Positions 30,644 to 40,500 of a stretch of 64,000 nt of DNA are shown here, piece by piece. The notes under the pieces are model-generated. The model worked only from the letters and a program-made list of their open reading frames with translations, searched no databases and had not been told where the DNA came from. Source of the stretch: Opitutaceae bacterium (GTDB lineage Bacteria; Verrucomicrobiota; Verrucomicrobiia; Opitutales; Coraliomargaritaceae); contig JBPOFY010000003.1 in NCBI GenBank assembly GCA_051252375.1, positions 320,001 to 384,000 of the forward strand, given 5' to 3'. Position numbers and translations under genes: made by a program. Each line of letters starts with the position of its first letter. Positions within the stretch are counted from its first letter, which is position 1.

Positions 30644-31372
30644 TTATCGCTCATTGTCGAGAGTGCGAATACCTAACGCCTCTAAGATGGCGGGAGTGAC
30701 GACTTCGGAATATCCCTGTTCCTTGGCATGGATGGTGTCGGGCACATACTGTTTAAAAAGTTGTGGGTCGGACGATTGCAGTGCTTTCCATTGAGGATAG
30801 TGGTCAATCAAGAGTAGCTCCCGCTCTTTCGCGACCGACCGATACATTGCGTAATGTGCTTCGATGTTCTTGCGGTATGAGCGGTGGCCTTCGGGGTATT
30901 TGTTGCCGGGCGTCATGGTCATCAAGATCACTTCGCACTTGGAGTTCGTCTCTAGTATGCGGTCGATCATGGTTTCCAGATTCGCTTGCGCAGTCTCGAC
31001 GGATATGTCGAAGCGGGCGACGGCGTCGTTGATCGAGAATTCAAGAAAGACTGTGTCCGGCTTATGCTTCAGCACTCGACTTTCGAGTTGCTCCAAGCCC
31101 CACTGCGAGTTTTTGCCGGCACCGGCACTGTTGGTCAGCGTGCACTGTTCGGGGTAGTTCGCTTCGAGTGCTACCTCTAGATGGCTGACCCAAGCGCCGT
31201 TGGCGGTCAGGCTGGTGCCATAGGTGACGAGTGCCTGTTGCTTGCCGGATTCGAGCTGGCGAACGAGCTGGCTTTTTTCTTCGGCAAATGATGTGAGGGT
31301 TGTCATGAAACTGAGCAAGAGAAGTAGCTTGGTGAGCTTTATACTGTGCAGTCTGTTTCGCGCTAAACTCAC
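30644..31372 (-). CDS. SGNH/GDSL esterase (candidate carbohydrate deacetylase), exported
   Basis: GTSLT, NSAGAG, EFSIND and DTIH blocks; signal peptide. Confidence 0.88.
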   Translation of the reverse strand: MSLARNRLHSIKLTKLLLLLSFMTTLTSFAEEKSQLVRQLESGKQQALVTYGTSLTANGAWVSHLEVALEANYPEQCTLTNSAGAGKNSQWGLEQLESRVLKHKPDTVFLEFSINDAVARFDISVETAQANLETMIDRILETNSKCEVILMTMTPGNKYPEGHRSYRKNIEAHYAMYRSVAKERELLLIDHYPQWKALQSSDPQLFKQYVPDTIHAKEQGYSEVVTPAILEALGIRTLDNER

Positions 31373-32763
31373 TTTGGTTGACTTTGCTTGAAGTTGACTG
31401 GGTCTCGGAAGTCGGCGGCCTCGGCATATTCCGGACTGACAAGCTCACTGGTTTTAACGGGGGATTCAGTTTCGTTGATCAGTGTGATGTTAGTGGCTGC
31501 TTCGGGCAAAATGGGTGTTTGCATCTCCGCGTGTGCGGGCATGCCGTAACCGAGCATAATCGGGTAGGGAGCCATCGGACCTTCAGCTTCCCAACGGGTG
31601 AGTTTTACGCGGTGATTCTCGCCGGAAATTGTGGCTAGCGCATGCACGGTGTAGTCTGAAGTGGGACCGACGAGCTCGATCTCCACATCGGCGTTTGCGC
31701 CGCGCCAGAGATAGAGGAGGGGACCGTGGGCGACGTCGCCGCGGCATTTGCGTGTTTTGATATTACCGTTGATTAATAGAAAGGCGCGCTCGGCGCCAAG
31801 CGATGTGCAGTCGATTAGTGTGGTGGGGGTCTCGCCATCTGCCGGACCGAAAATTTCGAAGCCAGCGCGTGTATTGACCGCGGTGCAATTGATCAGCGTA
31901 GTCGTGCCGGTAGGCTGGTCGCGCGGACCACCTTTAGAATACGTGCGAAAGCCGTCCTCAGTCAGGCATTTTCGATAGCCGGGAGTGATGATGAAGTTGC
32001 CGTCGCGATTTTCGTAGACCGACTTGAAGCCTAGATCATAAGCAGGGCCTTCGGTGTCACTGAGCATGTCATTAGTCGATCGGTTGACGCCTTCGGCGTA
32101 GCAATCTTCCAATAGAGTATTGTGCGCGCCTTGAATATAGAAGCAGTGCCCGAAGGCGCGGCTGATCACACGGCAGCGCTTGAGTGATGTGTTGTCGCCG
32201 CCTATCATGAGACCGCTATGCTTGCCGAGTTGAGGGACTAATTTGCTATGGCCCTTGCCAAGATGATCTCCGTAGCCGTATGGCGAAGAACCGTGAACGA
32301 AAAGTGAGATGTCGGTGAGTTGGTTGCCGTCGCCCCACAGGGTCATAAGAGTTCCGCTGATGCCTATTTGCGGTCCGATGCAACGAACCGTGAGCCCGTT
32401 AAATTTGTTGCGATGCCCTCTGATGTGAATGGTGCGGGGGTAGCCGTTGGTGCTAATCTGGCTGTAGATGTGTGTGTCGAACTCGAGAGTGACGCCGTCG
32501 AGATTGTAGATGTTGTCGCTACCGCTAAACTCTAGGATGGGACTTGGTGGGCGTTTGCCCGGACCTAAGTTCTTGCCGACAGCTGCCAGCATTTCGGGAG
32601 TCAGGTAGTCGCGCACGCTGTAGGTGCCCGGTGCCATGGTGATCTCGTTCCCGCTTTGGGACGCGAGTTGCATGAGCTCGGCGAGACTTGAAATCTGATG
32701 AGAGGATGCGGTTGCGGGTAATGTGGCCATTAGGCAGGCAAGGTAGATGAGGAGACGTGGCAT
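31369..32763 (-). CDS. Secreted right-handed beta-helix protein, FdlA/PL43-like lyase paralog
   Basis: Signal peptide; GSSPYGYGDHLGKG..KHSG, FGH, and EDGFRTY, all shared with 12969..16967. Confidence 0.75.
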   Translation of the reverse strand: MPRLLIYLACLMATLPATASSHQISSLAELMQLASQSGNEITMAPGTYSVRDYLTPEMLAAVGKNLGPGKRPPSPILEFSGSDNIYNLDGVTLEFDTHIYSQISTNGYPRTIHIRGHRNKFNGLTVRCIGPQIGISGTLMTLWGDGNQLTDISLFVHGSSPYGYGDHLGKGHSKLVPQLGKHSGLMIGGDNTSLKRCRVISRAFGHCFYIQGAHNTLLEDCYAEGVNRSTNDMLSDTEGPAYDLGFKSVYENRDGNFIITPGYRKCLTEDGFRTYSKGGPRDQPTGTTTLINCTAVNTRAGFEIFGPADGETPTTLIDCTSLGAERAFLLINGNIKTRKCRGDVAHGPLLYLWRGANADVEIELVGPTSDYTVHALATISGENHRVKLTRWEAEGPMAPYPIMLGYGMPAHAEMQTPILPEAATNITLINETESPVKTSELVSPEYAEAADFRDPVNFKQSQPK

Positions 32764-32781
32764 GTTTTTTGGGTAGTGGAC

Positions 32782-34149
32782 TTATCTTGTTTTGTTGTTC
32801 TTACCTTTGTCTTCGAGGATCTTGCCTTGACTCTTCACTGTGCAGTTTGAGGAGGTGGCGGCCAGGATGACGGTATGGTTGGTTTGATTGTCTATTTCGA
32901 TTTCGTTTGCCCGGTTTTTTTCGTCAGCGTTGTCTGTGTAGCGTGCGCCAGTGCTGCCGACCACAATTGGTCGCAATCTGGTGGGAGGGGGTGCCTTGGT
33001 TGTAAATGTGATGTCGTGACCGCTTCCAGTGATTTCAGCTAGTGGATGTGTGCCGACTTCTTCTCGTGTGTGCTCCAAGAGTTCGATCTCTATCTTATTG
33101 TTGCCCTTATGTGCGTAAGGCAATGAGAGTGCGGGGCCGTTGGTGACATTTGCCTTGCAGTTTTCGATGGTTGAATCGGACGGTAGCGAATAGGCGTGCG
33201 AGCAGTTGATGACCAAACAATCTCTAACAGTTGCTCGGCTACCGATTGCGAGTGTGATGCCTCCGCGCATTCCATTGACAGCGCAGTTCTCCACTAGAAT
33301 ATGTCCGGTGCGTCGTCTTTCACCGGTATCTTTATCTTCGCCATCCAAATAGGCGCGAATGCCGTCCTCAGTGAGACCGATCATTTCGTCGCGGGGAATG
33401 GGCTGATCTTTCTTCCAGTCTGGGTACTGATATGTGTAATCGAACTTAGCCATCAGCGGATCCTTGGAGTCCATGATGTCGCTGGTATTGCGCTGGTCGC
33501 CCATCATGATGACGCCGTCCAAGTGTGTGTCCTGTGAACCATGGATGTGTATGCCGTGCCCGTAGGTGTGGATTCGGAACTTGCAATCCTTGATGTAAGC
33601 ACGGTCGCCAGAGATTGCCATGGCACTGTGCTTTTGTAGTTTGGCCGAAGCGCCCCGACCTTTGCCTAGCATGTCGCCGACACCGTAGGGGGCAGAGCCG
33701 CGTGTGACTATGAAGCAGTCTTGAAAGGTGACGTCGTGACCTTCGATGAAGATGCTGGCGACACTGACATTCGGTGGGGTATCTCCAGTGTCGATGAAGC
33801 GACCACCTTTGAAGGTCAGTTTGTCGCCAAGAATAGTATACATTCGAAGCCCGTGCACTTTGGTCCCGGTCATTTCCTTGAAGAGCTTCGTTGGAAATTC
33901 AATGGTCACGCCAGTCAGGTCGAATGTGTTATTCGAACCTGTGAATTCCATGACGGTGGTGCCGCTGGGCTCGAAACCTTTGATCACGTAGTGACCGGGT
34001 TTCATGCGGACGGTCTGGTTGCTTTCCTTGGATGCTTCGCGGAGTTCTTTGAGTGAACTGATCTCGATGCCGCTGGCTGTTGCCGTGAGGATGGCTAGGC
34101 CAGCGAACAGGGAGATCGCGAATGAGGTTTTATATCCGAAGAGTGACAT
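32782..34149 (-). CDS. Secreted right-handed beta-helix protein, FdlA/PL43-like lyase paralog
   Basis: The ATG at 34149 gives a signal peptide; GSAPYGVGDMLGKG..KHS, YGH, EDGIRAY. Confidence 0.75.
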   Translation of the reverse strand: MSLFGYKTSFAISLFAGLAILTATASGIEISSLKELREASKESNQTVRMKPGHYVIKGFEPSGTTVMEFTGSNNTFDLTGVTIEFPTKLFKEMTGTKVHGLRMYTILGDKLTFKGGRFIDTGDTPPNVSVASIFIEGHDVTFQDCFIVTRGSAPYGVGDMLGKGRGASAKLQKHSAMAISGDRAYIKDCKFRIHTYGHGIHIHGSQDTHLDGVIMMGDQRNTSDIMDSKDPLMAKFDYTYQYPDWKKDQPIPRDEMIGLTEDGIRAYLDGEDKDTGERRRTGHILVENCAVNGMRGGITLAIGSRATVRDCLVINCSHAYSLPSDSTIENCKANVTNGPALSLPYAHKGNNKIEIELLEHTREEVGTHPLAEITGSGHDITFTTKAPPPTRLRPIVVGSTGARYTDNADEKNRANEIEIDNQTNHTVILAATSSNCTVKSQGKILEDKGKNNKTR

Positions 34150-34175
34150 GATCGATTGAGGGCAGCGGACGCACT

Positions 34176-35771
34176 CTAGAGTTCTCGGACGCTGACGAGG
34201 GACCAAGGTGCCACTTCTAGTGACAAGCTGAATGCGCCAGATGCGTCGGCACTGACTTGGCTGAGTTTGGTCGCGGCCGATGCTTCCTTAAGCGCGTCTG
34301 TTTGCTCACGTGAGATTGGTTCGGGGGAGCCCATACGTTTCCATGCGCTGAGGGCGTCGCCGTGCTGGGTGTCGAGCACCTCGATGATCAGATTTGCACC
34401 TGCTGTGAGTCCTTCGATGGAGATTTCGAGTTGCGCAGGGCTGCCAGTGGCGAGTGTCGTCTCAGCAGGTTCACGAGAGTCGAAAGAGCCGGGAATGGTC
34501 TGTGTGACTTCTGGTGGATAGTGATACGCGAGTGCCGCGACTTTACCGGTTTCGCTGCAGCGAGTGATGATACCAGCATCGGTTTTATCGAGGACTTGAT
34601 TGCCGAGTGTATTGAGGAAACGGTAGGTGTGGAATGTTGGCTTAGGGATGCCTTGCACGTTGACCATTCCGAATCCGCCGTGGAAGGCTGTGTCGCCCGC
34701 GCCGCTTTCTTCGAAAACGTCGGTGAAGACCCAGTAGGAGAGGGAGTCGACACTGCCGATGGAATCGATGTTGGCCTTGGCCACGAATGTTGCGGCTTGC
34801 AAGTAGTCGTGTGTGAAATCGCGCGGCGAGGAGCTGCTGCTCCACTCGGTGAGGTGGATCTCGGCCTGAGGGTAGGCGCTTTCGTCGATGATCTTACGTA
34901 GTAGGGCAAGGTCAGTTGGAGTGGCATTGACTCCGCGGGTAAGCTTGGTGCCGGTGCCGTGCTCGTCGAAGGCCCAGTCTGTTGGGTAGGGGTGGCAGCT
35001 GACGAAATCGACAGGCAGTTTGTTGTCTTCGCAAAATTTCAGAAAGTCCATCATCCAGACAGGCTTCCAATCAAGTGCGTCGAGGTCTTTCGCAGTGGTC
35101 ACGACTTTGTGCTCAGAAAGGTCTTCGCGCTCGCCGTCGAAACGTGCGTCGGGGACGAAGTTACTGGTCGAAGGGCCGCCGACGCGGAGATCGGGGTGGA
35201 TGGCTTTGATGGCATCGACAGAGACTTGATAGATCCTGAAGTATTCGCTCTTAGTGCCGTCAAAGAAGGGCGCGAGATTTGGCTCGTTCCAGACTTCGTA
35301 ATACCAGGTCAGGCATTCATCAATGCCATAGCGCGCGACGATGTGTTTAGTAAAGGCAGTGATGAGGTCAGCCCATTTCTGGTAATCTTTGGGTGGTGAG
35401 ACATTGCTCTTCCACCAGAAGACGGTCTTTTCGGTGCTAGCGAGGTCTTTGGGCATAAAGCCTAGCTCGATGAAGGGCTTCACTCCCATGTCGAGCAGAC
35501 GGTCGAATACTTCGTCGATGTATTGAAAGTTATAGGTGATGGAGCCGTCTTTGTTTTCGCGATAGACAAACATGTCGTCGTGGAAAAGCCCGTGGAAGCG
35601 GACGTATTCAAAGCCGCATTCGCGATGCACGAGTTCCATTTGCTCCATCCAAGAGGTGCGTAGAGCTTCACCGGCACGACCCGCGCCGACGCAAGGGTTC
35701 CAGTGTGGCTTGAAAGTTTGAATTCCGGAAGCTGTGCCGGCATTTGCGGATAGTTTGAGTTCTTGTTTCAT
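34176..35771 (-). CDS. GH39 glycosidase (beta-xylosidase-like), no signal peptide
   Basis: YVRFHGLFHDD, PFIELGFMP, EVWNEPN (acid/base), HLTEWSS (nucleophile), SYWVFTDVFEE, FHGGFG. Confidence 0.93.
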   Translation of the reverse strand: MKQELKLSANAGTASGIQTFKPHWNPCVGAGRAGEALRTSWMEQMELVHRECGFEYVRFHGLFHDDMFVYRENKDGSITYNFQYIDEVFDRLLDMGVKPFIELGFMPKDLASTEKTVFWWKSNVSPPKDYQKWADLITAFTKHIVARYGIDECLTWYYEVWNEPNLAPFFDGTKSEYFRIYQVSVDAIKAIHPDLRVGGPSTSNFVPDARFDGEREDLSEHKVVTTAKDLDALDWKPVWMMDFLKFCEDNKLPVDFVSCHPYPTDWAFDEHGTGTKLTRGVNATPTDLALLRKIIDESAYPQAEIHLTEWSSSSSPRDFTHDYLQAATFVAKANIDSIGSVDSLSYWVFTDVFEESGAGDTAFHGGFGMVNVQGIPKPTFHTYRFLNTLGNQVLDKTDAGIITRCSETGKVAALAYHYPPEVTQTIPGSFDSREPAETTLATGSPAQLEISIEGLTAGANLIIEVLDTQHGDALSAWKRMGSPEPISREQTDALKEASAATKLSQVSADASGAFSLSLEVAPWSLVSVREL

Positions 35772-35778
35772 AAATTGT

Positions 35779-37530
35779 TTATGCGGTGTGTTTCACCGCT
35801 CGGCTATAAAAGTTATCTTGTTTGAGGAGTTCTGCAGGGGGTGCAAAGTTGACGAGTCGACCATTATCAAATACGGCAATTAAATCGGCATTCTTCAAGG
35901 TCGACATGCGGTGTGCGACAATAAATGTCGTGCGCGCTTTCATTACATTATCGAGCGCACTCTGGACGAGCATTTCAGACTCCACATCCAGTGCGCTGGT
36001 TGCCTCGTCGAGGATGAGCACTTTGGGATCACGAATGATCGCACGGGCGATGGCGATGCGTTGCATTTGGCCGCCAGATAGTCGCACGCCGTCGACACCC
36101 AGTTGTGTGTGGATGCCGTTGGGGAGTTTCTCGACAAACTCACGGGCATTGGCTTGATCCAGTGCGCGTAGGAGGTGTTCTTCGGTAATTGCGTCATTGC
36201 CGTAGGCGACGTTATCCCAAAGGCTGCCGGAAAAGAGAACGAGATCCTGTGTGACCACTCCGACTTGCTGGCGGTAGGTGCGCAAATCCATGTTGGCCAT
36301 GTCTTTTCCATCGAGCAGGATTTGCCCTTCATTCGGATGGATGAAGCCGAGCAGTAGTGAGAGTAGCGTCGATTTGCCACAGCCACTGGGGCCAGTGATG
36401 GCGACGGTGGTGCCGGCCTTCACTTGGAGGTTGAGTTCGCGGATCGCGTGTTCGTCTGAGTCCGGATATTGAAAGGAAACATTGTTCAACTCGAATTCAC
36501 CACGGATGGATTCGTAGGCTTCTTTGCCGGTGTTAAGCTCGAGGTCGGGAGAACTGAGCACTTCAATGATTGAATCTAGAGATTCTCTGGTTTGTAGCAA
36601 TTGGGGGATAAATGTCAGTAAGTTAGCAAAGGTGCTGGAGAGTGTTAAGAAGAACGAGTTGAACATGACCACATCGCCGACCGTGATATGCCCTTCGAAG
36701 CAGGCATACATCGAGACGCCTAGGCAGATGAGCTGCATGACGCCCATGATGACCCAGCTGATGGCTTTGAAGAGCTCGGTCAGCATGTCGAAACTCGCGC
36801 CCTTTTGATAGACCCCTTGAATGCCACTTTCCACTGTTTTTAGCTGGTGCTGCTCTAATCCGTGGGCACGAGTGAGAGGCATCATTGTGACCATTTCATT
36901 GAGGTGCATACTCATGCCCTCGATACTCTTCCGATAGTCATTAACGGTGTCGCTCATTTTGCGCCGGAACAATGCCGACACCACGCCACCGGCTGCTGCT
37001 GCGGGTATGAAAAAGAGTAGGGCTTCGGGTTTGCGGATGTATATGATGAAGGCTGTGAGGGAGACACCCAAAAAGAAGCTAAAGCCTTGCTCCAATGCTA
37101 GCCTCGGTAGCTGTTCGATGATTTCGATGTCGCGAATCGCCTTAGAGTGGACTTTGCCGACGCTGTGGCGGTTGTGGTAGTGCAGCGACAGTGCCTGTAA
37201 TTGATGGCAGACCTTGATGCGCAAATCCCGTCCGATGCCGCGCGTGAGAAGTATCAGATTCTTGGTGAAATAAACGGCAGCCGGGATATTTTGCAGGAAG
37301 AGTCCGATGCCGATTATAATGTAGATAATCAGTTTTGTGATGTCCGGCTCCGGCTGATTTGCCAAATCGATCACTCTGGCAGTGACGAGTGGAATCAACC
37401 AAACTGGCGCAGCCTTCAAGGTAATGAAGAAGATCGCCTTTACGCCTGCCCAAAGCTTATCCGCAAACAACTCGCGCAAAAGCTTTAGCTCGCTTTGCGT
37501 CTCGGTCGTTTCTGCTGTGGGGGTGGGCAT
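35779..37530 (-). CDS. ABC transporter, fused permease/ATPase (MsbA-like exporter fold)
   Basis: Six-TM N-terminal half; GPSGCGKST, LSGGQ, ILDEATSALD, AHR. Confidence 0.95.
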   Translation of the reverse strand: MPTPTAETTETQSELKLLRELFADKLWAGVKAIFFITLKAAPVWLIPLVTARVIDLANQPEPDITKLIIYIIIGIGLFLQNIPAAVYFTKNLILLTRGIGRDLRIKVCHQLQALSLHYHNRHSVGKVHSKAIRDIEIIEQLPRLALEQGFSFFLGVSLTAFIIYIRKPEALLFFIPAAAAGGVVSALFRRKMSDTVNDYRKSIEGMSMHLNEMVTMMPLTRAHGLEQHQLKTVESGIQGVYQKGASFDMLTELFKAISWVIMGVMQLICLGVSMYACFEGHITVGDVVMFNSFFLTLSSTFANLLTFIPQLLQTRESLDSIIEVLSSPDLELNTGKEAYESIRGEFELNNVSFQYPDSDEHAIRELNLQVKAGTTVAITGPSGCGKSTLLSLLLGFIHPNEGQILLDGKDMANMDLRTYRQQVGVVTQDLVLFSGSLWDNVAYGNDAITEEHLLRALDQANAREFVEKLPNGIHTQLGVDGVRLSGGQMQRIAIARAIIRDPKVLILDEATSALDVESEMLVQSALDNVMKARTTFIVAHRMSTLKNADLIAVFDNGRLVNFAPPAELLKQDNFYSRAVKHTA

Positions 37531-37562
37531 GATTACGCGTATAGAAAAGCCGTCGGTAAAGA

Positions 37563-40500
37563 TTACTGATCTTGATGCTGCTCTTCGCGGACGAGAGCGC
37601 CGTCTTTATATTCCTTGATGGATGCAGTCAAATTTGTGCCTTCTTCGAGACCGTTGATTTGAATCACATGTGTGCGACCATCATTGAGCTCGACGGTGAG
37701 TGCATTTGCGGATTCAGCGGTGACGCTTTTGACGACGGCTTTATTTTCGAAAGGCTCAATGACGGTCAAGAAACGGGCTTGCTTGCCCTTGCTCCGGAAG
37801 CTGAGTGACTTGCGGCGCCAAGTTTCGTCGCCGAGAGGAAAGTCGCCACCGACGAAAGATTTAAAGCGTGCCGCATTCAGACCTGCCAGATCGATGGTGA
37901 TGGTGCCGTCGATGTTGCCCTTCACCGGATTTGCGGGAACGGTGCGTTCGAATTCACGACCCGCAATCTTAACGGGGCCGCCCTTGTAATCGACGCCGCT
38001 TTCTGGAGAGCTATCGATCTGGTCGTAGTTGAGCTCGAGTTCGTTGAGGTCGATTTCTTTGCCATCCTTAGTGACGATGACAGCATTCGCCCAGAAGAGA
38101 GTTTTCGGGGACTTGCGCTCGTCGAAGTCGGCCTTGGTTTGAAGAGTGAGTGTTTGTATCCCTTCTACGGATACGTCGATCTCGTCACGACCGAGCACCC
38201 ATGCGCCGAACTTACCTTCGGATAGCACTTGGTCGTCGCCCATCACAGAATACCAAAACTTACGGTTGACCCAGTGCGCCTCGGGGAGCGTGCCGATCAT
38301 GACTTCGCGTTCTTTCGGCCATGCGTTGTAGACGTCCATTTTTAAGACGCCGTCTTCGCCAACGAGACGAGTGCCCGCGTTATCCGCACCTTTACCAAAC
38401 TGTGTCTCGAAGCTCACCTTAGTTGTGCCTGTGGCATCATACCAATCGCAATCGGTGATGAGTTGAGCTGCTAGAATCGGATCGGGGTTCATTTGCTCGG
38501 TGGTGTGAGTGAGTGTGAGCTCTTCGGCTTCAATACCCATGAAGCCCTTGATCTGATATAGGTGATCATAGGTGTGCTCTTCCGGAGCATCGAGGTAGTC
38601 AGCAACAACGATATAGTCATCTATCACTGCAAGAAAGCGGCGTTGCATTACACGGTCGGAGTAGGGGCCGATTGCGGTATATACCGGCTCGTTTTCCGGC
38701 TGTGGCATATAGCGACCTTCCTGCCAGCATTTGTCTTGGAAGTTGCCTTTGAAGGTAGAGTAAAAAAGACCACCGTAGGGAGGGGCTGACCAGCGGGCAT
38801 TGGTCTCGACGGCGGTTGTCTGCATGAGGTCGCCTTCGCTGAAGAGGATGAGGCTACTTTCAACGGGCTCTTGCTGCTTCATGTCAACCACGACCATGTT
38901 GTGCGGCAAAGATGTCTGCACGAAGAAGGCATACATGAAGTTTGGGTAGCTATACCAGATGTGTTCTGGGTTGTAGAAGCTGCGACCATAGCGCATGAGT
39001 GAGTTGAGGCTAGCGCGGTCGAAATGGCCGTGGTAGCCGCCGTGGGTGCCGTATTTGAGCACGGCTTGAATTTTCTCGCGAGGCGCTTTGCCTTCCGCTT
39101 TCGAGCGGAGCATGGTGACGCCGACATTGTCCGAATGCGCGGAGCCATAGCCGAGTTCTGGAGTGTCTGCTGGTAACTCGGCAACTCCGTAGAGTAGATC
39201 ACGCTTGGTGCTGTTCTTTAAGATCGCAGCGTATTTGGGATCTCGATACGCGAAGTAGGCGACTTCATAGTCAAGGGCGTCCAATTTCTTTTCGGTGGAG
39301 TCATTCACCGCGAACATTACACCGTTGTAGTCGATATAGGGGATCATCGCATCCCACATGTCGGTGATCTTGATATAGGGCTTATGCACGGGACCCCACT
39401 TCTGGAATGGTTTGCCTTGGTAGTCTTGTTTGCGCTGTTCGACGTCGGCGTAGGGAATGTTGTATTCCTGTGAGTAAGTGGCAGGGAAGGAGGCGTGCAT
39501 ATAGTCGACGCCCCATGGCTGCATGGCGTAGGCAAGCTGAGTGAACTCGCGTGAGACCCAGGCGTTGTAGCCGATGGAGCATTCATACCACCAACCATCG
39601 CCCATGACGCCGTGACTGATTTGATCGTAAAAGCCCATGGGACCTTCAATGAAGCGGTTAACTACAGCCATGTCTTGGATCGCTAGTGCTGTGTAAATGC
39701 AGCCGATCAATTCAGCGACTTGCCAATTACCGGTGTCGCCAAATGTGATATGTTGATCGATGACTTCATGGAAAACACGGAAGGTCTTCTCGATATTGGC
39801 ATGATCTTCGGCGGAGAATACGCCGGAATCGTAGATCATATCGTAGGTCATGGCGATGTATTGAAAGTAGGCGCCTTCTTTAACTAGGTTTACGTTGTTG
39901 GCCTGCTTGGTGACAGGGTAACCGTAAGTTGGGTCGCAGAGTTGGCGGATGTATTGTGCGGCTTTCTCGGCATATTTCACTTCGCCAGTGAGTTGGTAGG
40001 CGATGGCGACATCCATGCAATCGCGCTCGGTGCTCGATCTGTAGAGATACACATTATGCGTGCGATCGGAGACTTTGCCGTGGTCGGCGGCGGGCACCTG
40101 CCATTTCTCGGCTTTGTCGATATACTCCTGCGCAGCTTTCTTGGCCCATTCGACGGTCTTGGCTTTTTCACGAACATCGTCCCAGCGCTCTTTGTTGTGC
40201 AGGATGTAGGGATGCTCCATCTGGCTGAGTGTGATGTATTCGATTTGTCCGGCATCACGGCCATTTGCCATTGCTTGGATAAGTTGCGTTTCGCGACCAC
40301 CGGCTGGCACACGCTCTGACATGGTGACTGTGACCTCGCAGGTTTGGCTTTCGCCTGGAGCCAATGTCAGACTGTCGGGGGAGAGGGTGGTCGCCATGAC
40401 TTCTTCGCGGCCGCGTATGATACGGGAGAGGGTGACGGCTTGTGGCGCATCAGTGCAGTTAGTCAGTTCGAGTTGGTAAGTTACGCTATCGCTGCCCTTG

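Noticed and set aside
35779..37530. ABC transporter as the missing pump of the HlyD/TolC pair (type I secretion)
   Set aside because: It is 32 kb away inside a separate CAZyme operon and has no C39-like domain. Kept only as an alternative hypothesis.
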